The notes under the pieces were generated by a model. That model had not been told where the DNA came from. It made no database searches and was given only the letters and a program-made list of their open reading frames with translations. A DNA stretch of 64,000 bases from Clostridia bacterium (GTDB taxonomy: Bacteria; Bacillota; Clostridia; Christensenellales; QALW01), in assembly GCA_017516345.1 (NCBI GenBank), contig JAFXDC010000056.1, forward strand, positions 13,813-77,812, written 5' to 3'. The stretch's first letter is position 1. The number at the start of each line of letters is the position of its first letter. Position numbers and translations under genes: made by a program. Below, piece by piece: positions 9,267 through 20,036 of this stretch.

Positions 9267-9295
9267 TTGAAATTTTATCAAAATGCTGATATGAT
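9267..9295 (+). promoter_or_regulatory. Promoter of the 9387 membrane-protein gene
   Basis: TTGAAA, 17 nt, TATGAT. The spacer contains a weak CodY-like 15-mer, AATTTTATCAAAATG (12/15). Confidence 0.5.
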
Positions 9296-9386
9296 ATTAA
9301 TATACCGTAGATAATTTTGTAATACATAATGGCATAATTACATAAAATATCAATGCGTATCTTTAATTATTTTGTGGAGAATAGAT

Positions 9387-9971
9387 ATGGCCCCTACCTT
9401 ACTTACAAACATAGTAATAGCCGTTGCAATTTTGGCTGCGGTCATCGTTGTGGTATTGCTTATAAAAAAGCTCATCAAGTCCATCATTGCAATTATTCTT
9501 ATAGGAGCGATCATTGCGGCAGGCTACGTTGGCGTTCACACCATCGACCAAAATACAAACCTTCGCACAAAGCTTGCGCAGGTGGATTCCGCCTTTACCG
9601 AGCTTGAGCAGAGTCCTTACGATATAGAGAGCGTTCAGTGTAACCATCTTGGTAACGGCATAGGAGTAAACGTAATATACACAGTGGATGGCTCGCAAAA
9701 CAGCATCATCACGGAATTTCTGCTTGAAAAGACCCGCGATATCCTGCTTGATCGGGACACCTTCGAGGCTATCTGCTCACTGCATAACGAGGAGGGTGCT
9801 CCAAAGCAACTGCTTGTGGGTATAAAATACAGCGGTCTTGACATCCTGTATTACACTGCAGGTATCATCGAGGGTGCAGACCTCACAAACCCCAATGATG
9901 CCTATAATGCCTTCGAGATGGTCATTGATACCTCGGCTATCACCACCTCCATCATTGGAGCCTTTGGTTGA
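9387..9971 (+). CDS. Hypothetical membrane-anchored protein (two N-terminal TM helices)
   Basis: The track ORF begins at 9372. ATG 9387 follows a GGAGA RBS. The N-terminus is MAPTLLTNIVIAVAILAAVIVVVLLI. I recognise no family. Confidence 0.55.
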   Translation: MAPTLLTNIVIAVAILAAVIVVVLLIKKLIKSIIAIILIGAIIAAGYVGVHTIDQNTNLRTKLAQVDSAFTELEQSPYDIESVQCNHLGNGIGVNVIYTVDGSQNSIITEFLLEKTRDILLDRDTFEAICSLHNEEGAPKQLLVGIKYSGLDILYYTAGIIEGADLTNPNDAYNAFEMVIDTSAITTSIIGAFG

Positions 9972-10050
9972 GACGTATTGGCCGATACAATACGTTTCTT
10001 ATGGCCGATTCAAGGCATACACCACCAATAAAAGCATAAAAAAGGCCGTG

Positions 10051-10149
10051 TATCTGCTTCAGATATCTGTCCGGATTCCGAATATCTGTTCTTCCCAAAT
10101 ATCTGCTTACTCTTCTTCCCAAATATCTGCTTTTCCCAAATATCTGCTT
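10051..10149. repeat. Six direct copies of a TATCTG(C/T)T core, the last three as CCCAAATATCTGCTT
   Basis: Copies start at about 10051, 10064, 10083, 10100, 10124 and 10141. They lie in the convergent intergenic region between the 9387 gene and rplQ. Confidence 0.7.
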
Positions 10150-10153
10150 AAAT

Positions 10154-10184
10154 AAAAAACACCGTTTTTTCAAACGGTGTTTTA
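10154..10184. terminator. Bidirectional terminator (9387 gene and rplQ)
   Basis: AAAAAACACCGTTT-TTTC-AAACGGTGTTTT. An A-run precedes the hairpin and a T-run follows it. Confidence 0.75.
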
Positions 10185-10202
10185 GTTTTGCTTTTTGTGC
10201 TA

Positions 10203-10715
10203 TTATACCAGCTCGATGATAACGATCTCAGCAGCGTCACCACGACGAGGACCCTTCTTAACGATACGGGTATAGCCGCCGCCCTGACCAAGCTCCTCTT
10301 TACGAGCCTTGTACTTGGGAGCGATCTCACGCATGAGCTTCTCAACAACGGGGTTGTTGATCTCAGCTACTCTAGCGTTATAAATACGCTTCTTCTCGCC
10401 CTCTGCCATTTTCTCGGGAACGTTGTAGAGGTAAGACATGATCTGTCTGCGGGCATGGAGCTTGGAGGGAGCATCATTGGTAAATGTCTGCTCTACACCC
10501 TGCTTCTTGTCGTTAAGCACAGATTTGGTGACTTCTACATTGTTATCGCACTCTTTAATAGCAATGGTAATGATCTTTTCAGCAATCTTACGAACTTCTT
10601 TAGCACGAGCCTCTGTGGTCTCGATGCGACCGTTCGAAAGCAGTGCAGTAACCAGTCCGCGAAGAACCGCATTTCTTTGGTCGGTGGGACGGTTGAGCTT
10701 TCTATTGCCAGCCAT
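10203..10715 (-). CDS. rplQ: 50S ribosomal protein L17 (long form, 170 aa)
   Basis: [21 protein letters not shown]...[25 protein letters not shown]. It is the last gene of the alpha operon. Confidence 0.95.
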   Translation of the reverse strand: MAGNRKLNRPTDQRNAVLRGLVTALLSNGRIETTEARAKEVRKIAEKIITIAIKECDNNVEVTKSVLNDKKQGVEQTFTNDAPSKLHARRQIMSYLYNVPEKMAEGEKKRIYNARVAEINNPVVEKLMREIAPKYKARKEELGQGGGYTRIVKKGPRRGDAAEIVIIELV

Positions 10716-10731
10716 TTTATTTTCCTCCTAA

Positions 10732-11679
10732 TTAATCTTCGCTTTTGTTGAGTGAAAGTCCAAGTGATGCAAGACGCTGACGCACCTCATCAAGTGACTT
10801 CTTACCAAGGTTGCGAACCTTCATCATATCTACTTCATCACGCTGAATGAGCTCGTCTACGGTGTTGATACCGGCGCGCTTCAAGCAGTTATAGCTTCTT
10901 ACGGACAGATCCAACTCATCGATGGTCATCTCCAGAACCTTTGTCTTCTGCTCCTGCTCCTTTTCAACCATCATCTCAAGTCCGCCAACGTTCTCGGAGA
11001 GGTTGATAAACAGTGCAAGATAATCACTCATTATCTTGGCAGCGAGGCTTATGGCCTCCTTGGGGTTGATGCTTCCGTTAGTCCATATCTCAACAGTGAG
11101 CTTGTCGTAATCGGAAGAGCGACCAACACGGGTGCTGTCTACATCGTAATTAACTTTTGTGATGGGAGTATAGATGGAATCCACAGCGATGGTATCAATG
11201 GGCATATCCTCATACTTATTGTCCTTTGAGCTTACGTAACCGATACCCTTTGCAAATACCAGCTCCATGTTAAGGACCGCACCCTCTGCGAGAGTAGCGA
11301 TCTCATGATCTACGTTGATGATCTCAAGGTTGCTGTCGCCGATAATATCACCGGCGGTAACAACGCAGGGACCCTTTGCACGGATATTGGCGGTTACCGG
11401 ACCGTCAGAATGAAGCTTTGCCGATATACCTTTGATGTTGAGCACGATTTCGGTAACATCCTGGCTTACGCCGGGGATGGTGGAGAACTCGTGCATAACA
11501 CCGTCTATACGAATGCTGGTTACTGCAACACCGGGAAGGCTGGAGATCAGGATCCTTCTGAGCGAGTTACCCAGAGTGTTTCCGAAACCTCTCTGCAAGG
11601 GACCTGCAACAAACTTGCCGTAGGTATTATCCTCGCGCATTTCCAGACATTCAATTGTAGGCTTTTCTATTTCTATCAT
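10732..11679 (-). CDS. rpoA: DNA-directed RNA polymerase subunit alpha
   Basis: 315 aa. The N-terminal domain is followed by a C-terminal domain with [19 protein letters not shown]. Confidence 0.97.
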   Translation of the reverse strand: MIEIEKPTIECLEMREDNTYGKFVAGPLQRGFGNTLGNSLRRILISSLPGVAVTSIRIDGVMHEFSTIPGVSQDVTEIVLNIKGISAKLHSDGPVTANIRAKGPCVVTAGDIIGDSNLEIINVDHEIATLAEGAVLNMELVFAKGIGYVSSKDNKYEDMPIDTIAVDSIYTPITKVNYDVDSTRVGRSSDYDKLTVEIWTNGSINPKEAISLAAKIMSDYLALFINLSENVGGLEMMVEKEQEQKTKVLEMTIDELDLSVRSYNCLKRAGINTVDELIQRDEVDMMKVRNLGKKSLDEVRQRLASLGLSLNKSED

Positions 11680-11722
11680 CTAAGGAACCCTCCTGTTAAA
11701 TTTTTGAGGGAACTATGCCCTA

Positions 11723-12346
11723 TTACTTAGAGTACAGCTCGACGATGAGATGCTCTGCGATAGCAAGATCGATCTCCTCGCGCTTGGGGATGCTTACAAC
11801 GGTAGCGGTAAGGTTTGCAGCGTCAAAGCTGAGCCATGCAGGAACAAGCTTGGAGCTACCCTCACGCATTGCCTTGAATACGTCCATCTCCTGAGTCTTT
11901 TCTCTGAGTGTGATAACGTCACCGGGTTTAACGATGAAGGAAGCGATATCAACGCGCTTTCCGTTTACTCTGATGTGACCGTGGTTTACAAGCTGGCGGG
12001 ACTGTGCTCTTGAAGCACCGAAGCCTACACGGTAAACTACGTTGTCAAGTCTGCGCTCAAGCAGAGCCAGCATGTTCTCACCGGTTACGCCCTTTTCGCG
12101 CTCAGCAAGCTCGAAATAATGACGGAACTGTTTCTCAAGAACGCCGTAGGTACGCTTTGCCTTCTGTTTTTCACGAAGCTGAAGTCCGTACTCGCCGGTC
12201 TTCTTTCTGCCGCTACCGTGCTGTCCGGGGGCAGTACCGCGCTTTGTTACGGGACACTTTTCACTGTAGCAGCGATCGCCCTTGAGGAACAGCTTCTGGT
12301 TCTCTCTACGGCACTGGCGGCATACAGCATCTGTATATCTAGCCAT
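11723..12346 (-). CDS. rpsD: 30S ribosomal protein S4 (Cys-containing form)
   Basis: [32 protein letters not shown]... Confidence 0.95.
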   Translation of the reverse strand: MARYTDAVCRQCRRENQKLFLKGDRCYSEKCPVTKRGTAPGQHGSGRKKTGEYGLQLREKQKAKRTYGVLEKQFRHYFELAEREKGVTGENMLALLERRLDNVVYRVGFGASRAQSRQLVNHGHIRVNGKRVDIASFIVKPGDVITLREKTQEMDVFKAMREGSSKLVPAWLSFDAANLTATVVSIPKREEIDLAIAEHLIVELYSK

Positions 12347-12364
12347 AACTTAATATCCTCCTTA

Positions 12365-12766
12365 TTATACTCTTCTACGCTTGGGCGGGCGGCATCCATT
12401 GTGGGGAATGGGGGTCACGTCACGAATCATAGTAACCTCCAAGCCTGCAGCCTGCAGTGCGCGGATGGCAGACTCACGTCCACTTCCGGGGCCTTTTACA
12501 TAAACCTCAACTGTACGAAGACCGTGCTCCATAGCAGCCTTAGCAGCTGTCTCTGCAGCGGTCTGAGCAGCAAAAGGAGTGCTCTTCTTGGAGCCGCGGA
12601 AGCCAAGTCCGCCTGCGCTTGCCCAAGAAATAGCGTTGCCCGCAGTATCAGTAATAGTAACTATAGTGTTGTTGAACGATGAACAAATATGTGCAGCACC
12701 GCGCTCGATGTTCTTTCTCTCGATACGACGGCGTCCGCCTTTTCTAACTAACTTCGGCTTTGCCAT
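12365..12766 (-). CDS. rpsK: 30S ribosomal protein S11
   Basis: 133 aa, ...[18 protein letters not shown]...RPPKRRRV. Confidence 0.95.
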   Translation of the reverse strand: MAKPKLVRKGGRRRIERKNIERGAAHICSSFNNTIVTITDTAGNAISWASAGGLGFRGSKKSTPFAAQTAAETAAKAAMEHGLRTVEVYVKGPGSGRESAIRALQAAGLEVTMIRDVTPIPHNGCRPPKRRRV

Positions 12767-12779
12767 TTACTGTTCCTCC

Positions 12780-13154
12780 TTATTTACCTTTCTTCTTACC
12801 TGCAACGGACTTCTTGGGGCCCTTGCGAGTACGTGCGTTCTGCTTGGTGCTCTGTCCGCGAACGGGCAAGCCCTTACGGTGACGCACACCACGGTAACAG
12901 CCAATTTCAATAAGCCTTTTAATGTTAAGAGAATGCTCTCTGCGAAGGTCGCCTTCAACCTTCAGGTTCTTGTCAATGTAGTCTCTTAACATGTTTACTT
13001 CATCATCGGTAAGATCCTTAACTCTTGTATCGGGATTAATACCGGTAGCATCAAGTATTTCCTTGGAACGTGCAGGACCAATGCCGTAAATACTTCTGAT
13101 GCCGACTTCGACGCGTTTTTCTCTGGGGAGATCTACTCCGGCGATACGTGCCAT
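12780..13154 (-). CDS. rpsM: 30S ribosomal protein S13
   Basis: [26 protein letters not shown]... Confidence 0.95.
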   Translation of the reverse strand: MARIAGVDLPREKRVEVGIRSIYGIGPARSKEILDATGINPDTRVKDLTDDEVNMLRDYIDKNLKVEGDLRREHSLNIKRLIEIGCYRGVRHRKGLPVRGQSTKQNARTRKGPKKSVAGKKKGK

Positions 13155-13346
13155 TTATTTACCCTCCGTTAATATTTTATAGATTGGAATAAAGTAATAT
13201 ATATTAAATCCCACGAACAAACATTTCTGTTCAGCCGCGTCCGTATAGGATTTGTTTTCCTTTGTCAGTAAGATACTGACAGCGCTTTGAAGTGTATATA
13301 ACCACTTCAAGGCTCAAGTAAACTTGAGCCTTAATGCTTATATTGA

Positions 13347-13463
13347 TCAGCCCTGTCTCTGCTTATGGCTCTTATCGGAAGGGCAAATGATCATAACCTT
13401 GCCTTTTCTTTTAATTACCTTGCATTTGTCGCACATAGGCTTTACACTCGGTCTAACTTTCAT
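13347..13463 (-). CDS. rpmJ: 50S ribosomal protein L36 (zinc form)
   Basis: Not in the ORF track (under 60 aa). Hand translation gives [38 protein letters not shown] followed by a stop. Confidence 0.95.
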   Translation of the reverse strand: MKVRPSVKPMCDKCKVIKRKGKVMIICPSDKSHKQRQG

Positions 13464-13488
13464 TGTGTTTTCCTCCTTCTTAAGGGCA

Positions 13489-13710
13489 TCAGCCCTTGCT
13501 TCTCCAGATTATTCTGCCCTTGGAAAGATCGTAGGGTGAGATCTCCACCGTTACTTTATCTCCCTGCAGAACTTGTATATTGTTCATGCGCAGCTTACCG
13601 GCTATATGTGCCAAGATAACATGGCCATTTTCCAGCCTTACACGGAACACGGCGTTACGCAGTGTTTCCTCAACCACGCCTCCTACCTCAATTACATCGT
13701 CCTTGGACAT
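13489..13710 (-). CDS. infA: Translation initiation factor IF-1
   Basis: The track ORF is over-extended. The true start is [30 protein letters not shown]..., giving 73 aa. Confidence 0.93.
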   Translation of the reverse strand: MSKDDVIEVGGVVEETLRNAVFRVRLENGHVILAHIAGKLRMNNIQVLQGDKVTVEISPYDLSKGRIIWRSKG

Positions 13711-13723
13711 GACTTCACTCCTA

Positions 13724-14008
13724 TTACGCTTGGTTGTTATAGCCCAGTGATTCCAGTGCACTTCTGAGCTCGCTGTCAAACACCTTTTGATTGCTCTCAA
13801 GCTTAATCATGATGTTTTCAAGCTTATCGGGCTTTGACTGAAGATGCTTTATCTTCTTCTTTTTGGGATTATTCAGCCTTCTGAGATCTCCGTCGGCGAT
13901 GAGCACGTAGCTTTCGTCAACAAGACCGACAACAGCAAAATATCTTCCCTTATCTCTACCCATTAAAGAGTACACTACCGATCCCAGACCGTAATCCGGT
14001 TGATTCAA
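13724..14008 (-). CDS. KOW-domain RNA-binding protein (conserved map-infA spacer gene of Clostridia)
   Basis: A TTG start at 14008 lies 8 nt after AGGAGG. The upstream part of the track ORF overlaps map. The motif is [39 protein letters not shown]. Confidence 0.7.
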   Translation of the reverse strand: MNQPDYGLGSVVYSLMGRDKGRYFAVVGLVDESYVLIADGDLRRLNNPKKKKIKHLQSKPDKLENIMIKLESNQKVFDSELRSALESLGYNNQA

Positions 14009-14024
14009 GTAATAATCCTCCTGT

Positions 14025-14786
14025 TCACACAGAAACGTCCGAAGCTGTAAGTATGACGGGGTTACCATCCACTATAGCAACGGTATTTTCATAATGCGCC
14101 GAGAGTCTCCCGTCTGCGGTTACCGTAGTCCAGCCGTCCTTCTTGATGCGCACCTCATTGCAGCCCATATTGATCATGGGCTCTATCGCAAGGGTCATAC
14201 CCTCCACGATGCGGATACCGTGACCCGGCTTTCCGTAGTTAGGGATGGACGGGCTTTCATGAAGCTCTACCCCTACTCCGTGACCGGTAAAGTCTCGGAC
14301 TATGCCATAACCGTACGGTTTAACAAACTCTTCTACCGCATGGCCGATATCGGAAATCCTATTACCGACCTTTGCTTGTGCCATACCTTGATAAAAAGAC
14401 TGCTTACAGACCTCTACGAGCCTTTCCGCCTCGTGGCTTATCTTGCCCACCGCGAATGTGCGCGCCGCATCGGTATGATAGCCTTTATAATGAACACCGA
14501 CGTCCACCGAGATTATATCCCCCTCCCTTAAAACGCAGGAGGCACTTGGTATTCCGTGGATGACAACCTCGTTTCTTGATGCGCATATTGCCGCAGGGAA
14601 ACCGCCGTAGCCAAGGAAAGTCGGATCAGCACCATTGTTTATTATATAACGATGTGCGATTTTGTTCAAGTCTTTTGTTGAAATTCCGGGACGAATTTCG
14701 CTTTTTAATAGCTCTAAAGTGTTAAAAAGCAGCTTTCCGCCCTCCGCCATGGTTCTTATGGCTTGCAAATTCTTGATATAGAGCAT
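14025..14786 (-). CDS. map: Type I methionine aminopeptidase
   Basis: 253 aa. Metal-ligand context: DIISVDVGVHYKGYHTDAARTF...HGVG...EPM. Confidence 0.93.
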   Translation of the reverse strand: MLYIKNLQAIRTMAEGGKLLFNTLELLKSEIRPGISTKDLNKIAHRYIINNGADPTFLGYGGFPAAICASRNEVVIHGIPSASCVLREGDIISVDVGVHYKGYHTDAARTFAVGKISHEAERLVEVCKQSFYQGMAQAKVGNRISDIGHAVEEFVKPYGYGIVRDFTGHGVGVELHESPSIPNYGKPGHGIRIVEGMTLAIEPMINMGCNEVRIKKDGWTTVTADGRLSAHYENTVAIVDGNPVILTASDVSV

Positions 14787-14790
14787 TTTT

Positions 14791-15411
14791 TTATTCCTTG
14801 AGTCTGTCCAGACAAGTCTTGAACACTTCTTCTACGTCTCTGTTGCCATCAACATTGAACAGCTTACCGCAGCTTTCATAATAGCTTATGAGGGGTGCGG
14901 TCTGAGCATTGTAAACCTCAAGTCTTTTGGTGACCGTCTCTACATTATCGTCCTTACGAATGATGAGCTTTGCTCCGCAAACGGGGCAAGCATCGCCTGT
15001 AAGGTGCTTAACGTGGTAGGTGCCGCCGCATTCGGGACAGCATCTGCGTCCGCAGAGTCGCTCCTTTAGGATGCTCTGATCAATATCGATGTTAAGCGCG
15101 ACGTCTATCTCAACCAATTCTGCAAGCGCCTGTGCTTGCGGAAGAGTTCTCGGGAAGCCATCCAACAGATAACCGTTAGTGCAATCGTCCTTTTTAAGAC
15201 GCTCTGCCACTATTTCAAGAGTTATCTCGTCGGGAACAAGCATTCCTTTGTCAATAAACTCTTTAGCCCTTACCCCGACGGGGGTACCTTCCTTGATGTT
15301 CTCACGGAAGATATCCCCTGTGGATATATGGGGAATGTTAAGCTCTCTGGAAAGCTTTATTGCTTGTGTTCCTTTACCGGCACCGGGGGCGCCTAAAAGA
15401 ATTACCTTCAT
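14791..15411 (-). CDS. adk: Adenylate kinase (Zn-lid form)
   Basis: MKVILLGAPGAGKGTQ. The lid region carries CPECG...CPVCG. Confidence 0.95.
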   Translation of the reverse strand: MKVILLGAPGAGKGTQAIKLSRELNIPHISTGDIFRENIKEGTPVGVRAKEFIDKGMLVPDEITLEIVAERLKKDDCTNGYLLDGFPRTLPQAQALAELVEIDVALNIDIDQSILKERLCGRRCCPECGGTYHVKHLTGDACPVCGAKLIIRKDDNVETVTKRLEVYNAQTAPLISYYESCGKLFNVDGNRDVEEVFKTCLDRLKE

Positions 15412-15419
15412 TGCTTACC

Positions 15420-16724
15420 TCAGTCAAGGAAACCCTTGTAGTGATTCATAACCATCTGAGACTCAAGCTGCTTAACCATTTCGATGGATACGCTAACCAT
15501 AATAAGAATACCGGTGGAACCGAATGTCAGCGCAAGGTTGAGTATCTGGTTTGCATTCTCGGTCTGACCAACGATTGCAGAGGCGATCATAGGAATAACC
15601 GCGATTGCAGCAAGGTAAAGACCTGCAAAGAGGGTAAGACGGCTGTTTACCTTCTTGAGGTAATCAGCAGTGGGCTTGCCGGGACGGATACCCTGGATGA
15701 AGCCGCCGTACTTCTGAATATCGCTTGCAGTCTCTTCGGGGTTGAAGGAGATGGATGCATAGAAGTATGCGAAAGCGATGATAAGAACTACGCTTATGAT
15801 TGCGTATACCCAAGTACCCTGACCGAGCCACTGAGTGTAGAATCTACCGAAATCAGAATTTCCTGCACCAACCATCTGAATGATGATGCCGGGGAAGCTC
15901 ATGAAAGCGGTAGCAAAGATCATGGGAAGTACGCCTGCGCCGTTGGGCTTAATGGGCATATAGGTGTTTGCACCGCCATATACCTTACGACCGGTAACGC
16001 GCTTAGCATACTGTACGGGGATCCTTCTTTCTCCAAGATCTACCGTTACAATGGCAACTACGATCAGTGCAATGAACGGAATGATCAGGATCAGATACCA
16101 CCACATATCAGCGTTGGACTGAGCTGCCTGGATATACTGGCCAGCTGTAGCGGGAAGACGGGATACGATGCCGATGAAGATCAGCAACGAGATACCGTTA
16201 CCGATACCCTTTTCAGTAATTCTCTCACCGATCCAGATAGCAAGTGCAGTACCTGCGGAGAGAACAACACCGATTACGATGTAACAGAACCATGCCATGC
16301 TTCTGTAGCTCTCCATAATAACGCCTTCCATGGACATACAAATGCCAATGGACTGTACAAGAGCAAGTGCGATGGCGGAATAACGGGTGATCTTATTGAT
16401 CTTCTTTCTTCCCTCGGGGCCTTCCTTCTGCATATCCTGAAGCTTAGGTATAACTACCATAAGAAGCTGGAGGATAATGGATGCGTTAATGTAGGGGCTG
16501 ATACCCATAGCCATGAAGGTATAATTTGCAAGGCTACCACCGTTGATAACGTCAAGCAAGCTGAGCAGACCGTTTTTTGAAACGAGGTCGTTTGCTACAC
16601 TTGTGTCGATAAACGGTGTGGGGATATAGCAACAAAGTCTGAAAATAAGGAGCATGAATAATGTGTAGAGAACCTTTTTGCGAAGCTCTTTAATTTTGAA
16701 AGCGTTCTTAATAGTTTCGAACAT
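15420..16724 (-). CDS. secY: Preprotein translocase subunit SecY
   Basis: 434 aa polytopic membrane protein at the canonical position between rplO and adk. Confidence 0.95.
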   Translation of the reverse strand: MFETIKNAFKIKELRKKVLYTLFMLLIFRLCCYIPTPFIDTSVANDLVSKNGLLSLLDVINGGSLANYTFMAMGISPYINASIILQLLMVVIPKLQDMQKEGPEGRKKINKITRYSAIALALVQSIGICMSMEGVIMESYRSMAWFCYIVIGVVLSAGTALAIWIGERITEKGIGNGISLLIFIGIVSRLPATAGQYIQAAQSNADMWWYLILIIPFIALIVVAIVTVDLGERRIPVQYAKRVTGRKVYGGANTYMPIKPNGAGVLPMIFATAFMSFPGIIIQMVGAGNSDFGRFYTQWLGQGTWVYAIISVVLIIAFAYFYASISFNPEETASDIQKYGGFIQGIRPGKPTADYLKKVNSRLTLFAGLYLAAIAVIPMIASAIVGQTENANQILNLALTFGSTGILIMVSVSIEMVKQLESQMVMNHYKGFLD

Positions 16725-17170
16725 TATCCAATCACCTCAGCCTTTCCTCCGTTAGCCTCGATCTTCTCTTTGGCTGCAGAGGTAAAGCCGGCAGCCTGAA
16801 CAGTGAGGCTCTTGGTGAATTCGCCGTTGCCAAGGATCTTAACTCCATCTTTTTCGAGCTTACGGATGATTCCGGTGGAAACCAGAAGCTCGGGGGTAAC
16901 TACTGTACCGTTGTCAAAGCCCTCAAGCTGGTCAAGATTAACAATAGAGAAGCATTTAGCCCACTTGTTATTGAAGCCACGCTTGGGAATTCTTCTGATA
17001 AGGGGAAGCTGTCCGCCCTCAAAGCCGGGACGTACGCCGCCACCACTGCGGGCCCACTGACCCTTATGGCCCTTACCGGATGTCTTGCCGATTCCGCTTC
17101 CTACACCTCTACCAAGACGCTTGGGAGCGCGGGTGGAGCCTTCAGCGGGTTTTAAATCGTGTAATTTCAT
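16724..17170 (-). CDS. rplO: 50S ribosomal protein L15
   Basis: [38 protein letters not shown]. Confidence 0.95.
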   Translation of the reverse strand: MKLHDLKPAEGSTRAPKRLGRGVGSGIGKTSGKGHKGQWARSGGGVRPGFEGGQLPLIRRIPKRGFNNKWAKCFSIVNLDQLEGFDNGTVVTPELLVSTGIIRKLEKDGVKILGNGEFTKSLTVQAAGFTSAAKEKIEANGGKAEVIG

Positions 17171-17182
17171 ACTGAGCCCTCC

Positions 17183-17359
17183 TTAGTCAACTTCTTCAAC
17201 ACTTACAAGGTGTTTGATTTTAAAGATCATGCCGCGCATAGCCGCATTGTCCTGCTTAACTACAGAGGAACGGATCTTGGTAAGACCAAGAGCCTGAGCA
17301 GTGGCGATCTGATCCTTTTTGCAGCCGATAAGGCTTTTCTTTAAAGTGATCTTTAACAT
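17183..17359 (-). CDS. rpmD: 50S ribosomal protein L30
   Basis: Not in the ORF track. Hand translation gives [58 protein letters not shown] followed by a stop. Confidence 0.92.
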   Translation of the reverse strand: MLKITLKKSLIGCKKDQIATAQALGLTKIRSSVVKQDNAAMRGMIFKIKHLVSVEEVD

Positions 17360-17373
17360 TTACTGCGTCCTCC

Positions 17374-17874
17374 TTAACCCATGATTTCTTCAGCGGTCTT
17401 GCCACGAAGACGGGCAAAATCCTCGGCATTCTTAAGAGCCTTGAGGCCTTCAAGAGCAGCCTTTACGCTGTTTGCAGGATTGTTGGAACCGTGACTCTTG
17501 GTACGGATGTCCTTGATACCTGCCATTTCGATTACCGCACGGACAGAGCCGCCGGCAATAACACCGGTACCTTCGGGAGCCGGCATAAGAAGTACGCTGG
17601 ACTTACCGAACTTACCGATAACCTCGTGAGGGATGGTGGTTCCGCAGGTGGAAACGCAAACGATGTTCTTCTTTGCATCCTCGGTTGCCTTACGGATAGC
17701 TTCCTGGAATTCCACAGCCTTACCAAGACCTACACCAACGTGACCGTTGCCGTCGCCAACTACAACCAGTGCAGCCATACGCATTGTACGACCGCCCTTA
17801 ACGGTTTTGGCAACGCGGTTCATGGAAACCAGCTTTTCTTTAAGATCTAATGTTTTAGGGTCGATTTTTGCCAT
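17374..17874 (-). CDS. rpsE: 30S ribosomal protein S5
   Basis: 166 aa, ...[26 protein letters not shown]... Confidence 0.95.
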   Translation of the reverse strand: MAKIDPKTLDLKEKLVSMNRVAKTVKGGRTMRMAALVVVGDGNGHVGVGLGKAVEFQEAIRKATEDAKKNIVCVSTCGTTIPHEVIGKFGKSSVLLMPAPEGTGVIAGGSVRAVIEMAGIKDIRTKSHGSNNPANSVKAALEGLKALKNAEDFARLRGKTAEEIMG

Positions 17875-17892
17875 TTCTATATTTCCTCCCTA

Positions 17893-18261
17893 TTAGAATT
17901 CCAGACCGGCTTCTCTGGCACCGTCAGCAACTGCAGCTACTCTTCCGGTGTATACGTAACCGCCTCTGTCGAATACGACGGTCTTGATACCCTTATCAGC
18001 AGCACGCTGTGCGGCAACCTTGCCAACCAACTTGGCAGCCTCGGTCTTGGTCATTTCAGCAATCTGTTCCTTGATCTCCTGCTCCATAGTAGAAGCGGCG
18101 ACAAGTGTATTACCTGCAACATCATCTATGATCTGAACATAGATGTGGTTAAGGCTACGGTAAACGCAGAAGCGGGGCATATCGGCAGTGCCGGATACCT
18201 TTTTGCGTACTCTGGCGTGTCTTGCCAGACGATCAGTGTTTTTATCTCTTTTTGTAATCAT
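17893..18261 (-). CDS. rplR: 50S ribosomal protein L18
   Basis: 122 aa, ...[18 protein letters not shown]...[27 protein letters not shown]. Confidence 0.95.
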   Translation of the reverse strand: MITKRDKNTDRLARHARVRKKVSGTADMPRFCVYRSLNHIYVQIIDDVAGNTLVAASTMEQEIKEQIAEMTKTEAAKLVGKVAAQRAADKGIKTVVFDRGGYVYTGRVAAVADGAREAGLEF

Positions 18262-18284
18262 TACCTTCTTGCCTTCCTTTCTAC

Positions 18285-18827
18285 TTATTTCTTACCTGTT
18301 TTACCCTCTTTGATGGCTACGTACTCGCCCTCATAGCGAATACCCTTACCATGATAGGGTTCAGGAGCTCTTACCGAGCGGATGTCTGCGGCGAGCTGAC
18401 CGACGCGCTGTTTGTCAGTACCGCTGATTACTATCTTGTTCTGAGCAGGTACATCAATGGTCAGACCTTCGGGCTCTTCAAACTCTACGGGATGAGAGAA
18501 TCCTACGGTAAGAACCAGCTTCTTGCCCTGCTTTGCAGCACGGTATCCGACGCCTTGGATCTCAAGAGCCTTGGTAAAGCCCTCGGTTACACCAATAACC
18601 ATGTTATTTAAGAGTGTACGGGTCAGACCATGGAGGGAGCGCTGAAGCTTAGCGTCGCCCGAACGGGTAACGTTGATAACGCCTGCCTCCTGCTGGAGTT
18701 TGATTTCTGTGCTAAATTTTTGTGTAAGTGTGCCCTTGGGACCTTTAACTGTAACGGTGTTGTCATCAGCAATAGTTACAGTTACACCGGCGGGAATACT
18801 TACAGGCAATTTTCCTATTCTTGACAT
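18285..18827 (-). CDS. rplF: 50S ribosomal protein L6
   Basis: [19 protein letters not shown]... Confidence 0.95.
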   Translation of the reverse strand: MSRIGKLPVSIPAGVTVTIADDNTVTVKGPKGTLTQKFSTEIKLQQEAGVINVTRSGDAKLQRSLHGLTRTLLNNMVIGVTEGFTKALEIQGVGYRAAKQGKKLVLTVGFSHPVEFEEPEGLTIDVPAQNKIVISGTDKQRVGQLAADIRSVRAPEPYHGKGIRYEGEYVAIKEGKTGKK

Positions 18828-18847
18828 AATTATTCCTCCGTATTTCC

Positions 18848-19246
18848 TTACCAGATGTAGGCGAGCACTTCGCCGCCGACGTTGGCCTTGCGAGCCTGCT
18901 TGTCGGTCATAACTCCCTTAGAGGTGGAGATAAGAGCAATGCCCATACCGCCGAGAACCTTGGGGAGTTCTTCGCATTTTGCATAGTGTCTTAAACCGGG
19001 CGAGCTGATTCTCTTTAAGCCCGAGATAACCTTTTCGTTGTTTGCGCCGTACTTAAGGGTGATGCGAATGGTACCCTGTACGCCGTCTTCAATAATTTCC
19101 ACGCCCTTGATGAAGCCCTCGTCAAGCAGGATCTGCGCAATGGACTTCTTCATGTTGGAGGCGGGAACGTCAACTGTTGCATGCTTTGCAACCAGAGCGT
19201 TTCTGATTCTGGTAAGCATATCAGCTATAGGATCTGTTACGACCAT
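18848..19246 (-). CDS. rpsH: 30S ribosomal protein S8
   Basis: [17 protein letters not shown]... Confidence 0.95.
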   Translation of the reverse strand: MVVTDPIADMLTRIRNALVAKHATVDVPASNMKKSIAQILLDEGFIKGVEIIEDGVQGTIRITLKYGANNEKVISGLKRISSPGLRHYAKCEELPKVLGGMGIALISTSKGVMTDKQARKANVGGEVLAYIW

Positions 19247-19273
19247 GGTTTTTTCCTCCTTAATTAATTCTGA

Positions 19274-19459
19274 TTACCAGCTTGCCTTCTTTACTCCGGG
19301 GATCTGGCCTGCATAGGCCTTCTCTCTGAAGCAAATACGGCAGATTCCGTACTTACGGAGCACGGAATGCGGGCGTCCGCAGGTACTGCAGCGGGTGTAA
19401 GCGCGAGTAGAGAACTTAGGCTCAGCCTGCTGCTTGTTGATCAAACTTTTTCTTGCCAT
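19274..19459 (-). CDS. rpsN: 30S ribosomal protein S14 type Z (zinc form)
   Basis: 61 aa, with [20 protein letters not shown]. Confidence 0.95.
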   Translation of the reverse strand: MARKSLINKQQAEPKFSTRAYTRCSTCGRPHSVLRKYGICRICFREKAYAGQIPGVKKASW

Positions 19460-19474
19460 ACTTTTATCCTCCCC

Positions 19475-20017
19475 TTAGTTAAGAGCGAAGGGCATTCCCA
19501 TGAGCTTAAGCAGCTCTCTTGCCTCTTCATCTGTCTTTGCGGTGGTGACAAATACGATATCCATACCTCTTACCTTGTCGATCTTGTCATATTCGATCTC
19601 AGGGAAGATGAGCTGCTCTTTTATGCCGAGGGCATAGTTGCCGCGACCGTCGAAGCAGTTAGCGTTTACACCGTGGAAGTCACGGATACGCGGAATGGCA
19701 ATGTTCATGAGCTTATCGGCAAACTCATACATTCTCTCGCTGCGAAGGGTAACCTTTGCACCGATGTTCATGCCTTCACGAACCTTGAAGTTTGCAACCG
19801 ACTTCTTAGCCTTGGTTACAACGGGCTTCTGACCTGCGATGGTAGCAAGCTCGGAAACTGCTGCTTCAAACTTCTTGGCGTCATCCTTAACATCACCAAG
19901 TCCCATGTTAATAACTATCTTAACAAGAGAAGGGATCTCATTAACATTTTTATAACCAAATTTCTGCTGCATAGCAGGAGCTACTTCGGAAATATATTTA
20001 TCCTTTAATCTAGACAA
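19475..20017 (-). CDS. rplE: 50S ribosomal protein L5
   Basis: [29 protein letters not shown]... Confidence 0.95.
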   Translation of the reverse strand: MSRLKDKYISEVAPAMQQKFGYKNVNEIPSLVKIVINMGLGDVKDDAKKFEAAVSELATIAGQKPVVTKAKKSVANFKVREGMNIGAKVTLRSERMYEFADKLMNIAIPRIRDFHGVNANCFDGRGNYALGIKEQLIFPEIEYDKIDKVRGMDIVFVTTAKTDEEARELLKLMGMPFALN

Positions 20018-20036
20018 TGCAATATCCTCCCTTCAA

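Noticed and set aside
9838-10155. 105-aa plus-strand ORF
   Set aside because: It overlaps the end of the 9387..9971 gene in another frame. It then reads through the TATCTGCTT repeat array (..SSQISAYSSSQISAF..), so it is an artefact of the repeats.
15360-16580. 406-aa plus-strand ORF
   Set aside because: It is antisense to secY inside the ribosomal operon. It has no RBS or family features, so I treat it as a shadow ORF.
17256-17453. 65-aa minus-strand ORF
   Set aside because: It spans the rpmD/rpsE junction out of frame. The real small gene here is rpmD at 17183..17359, found by hand translation.
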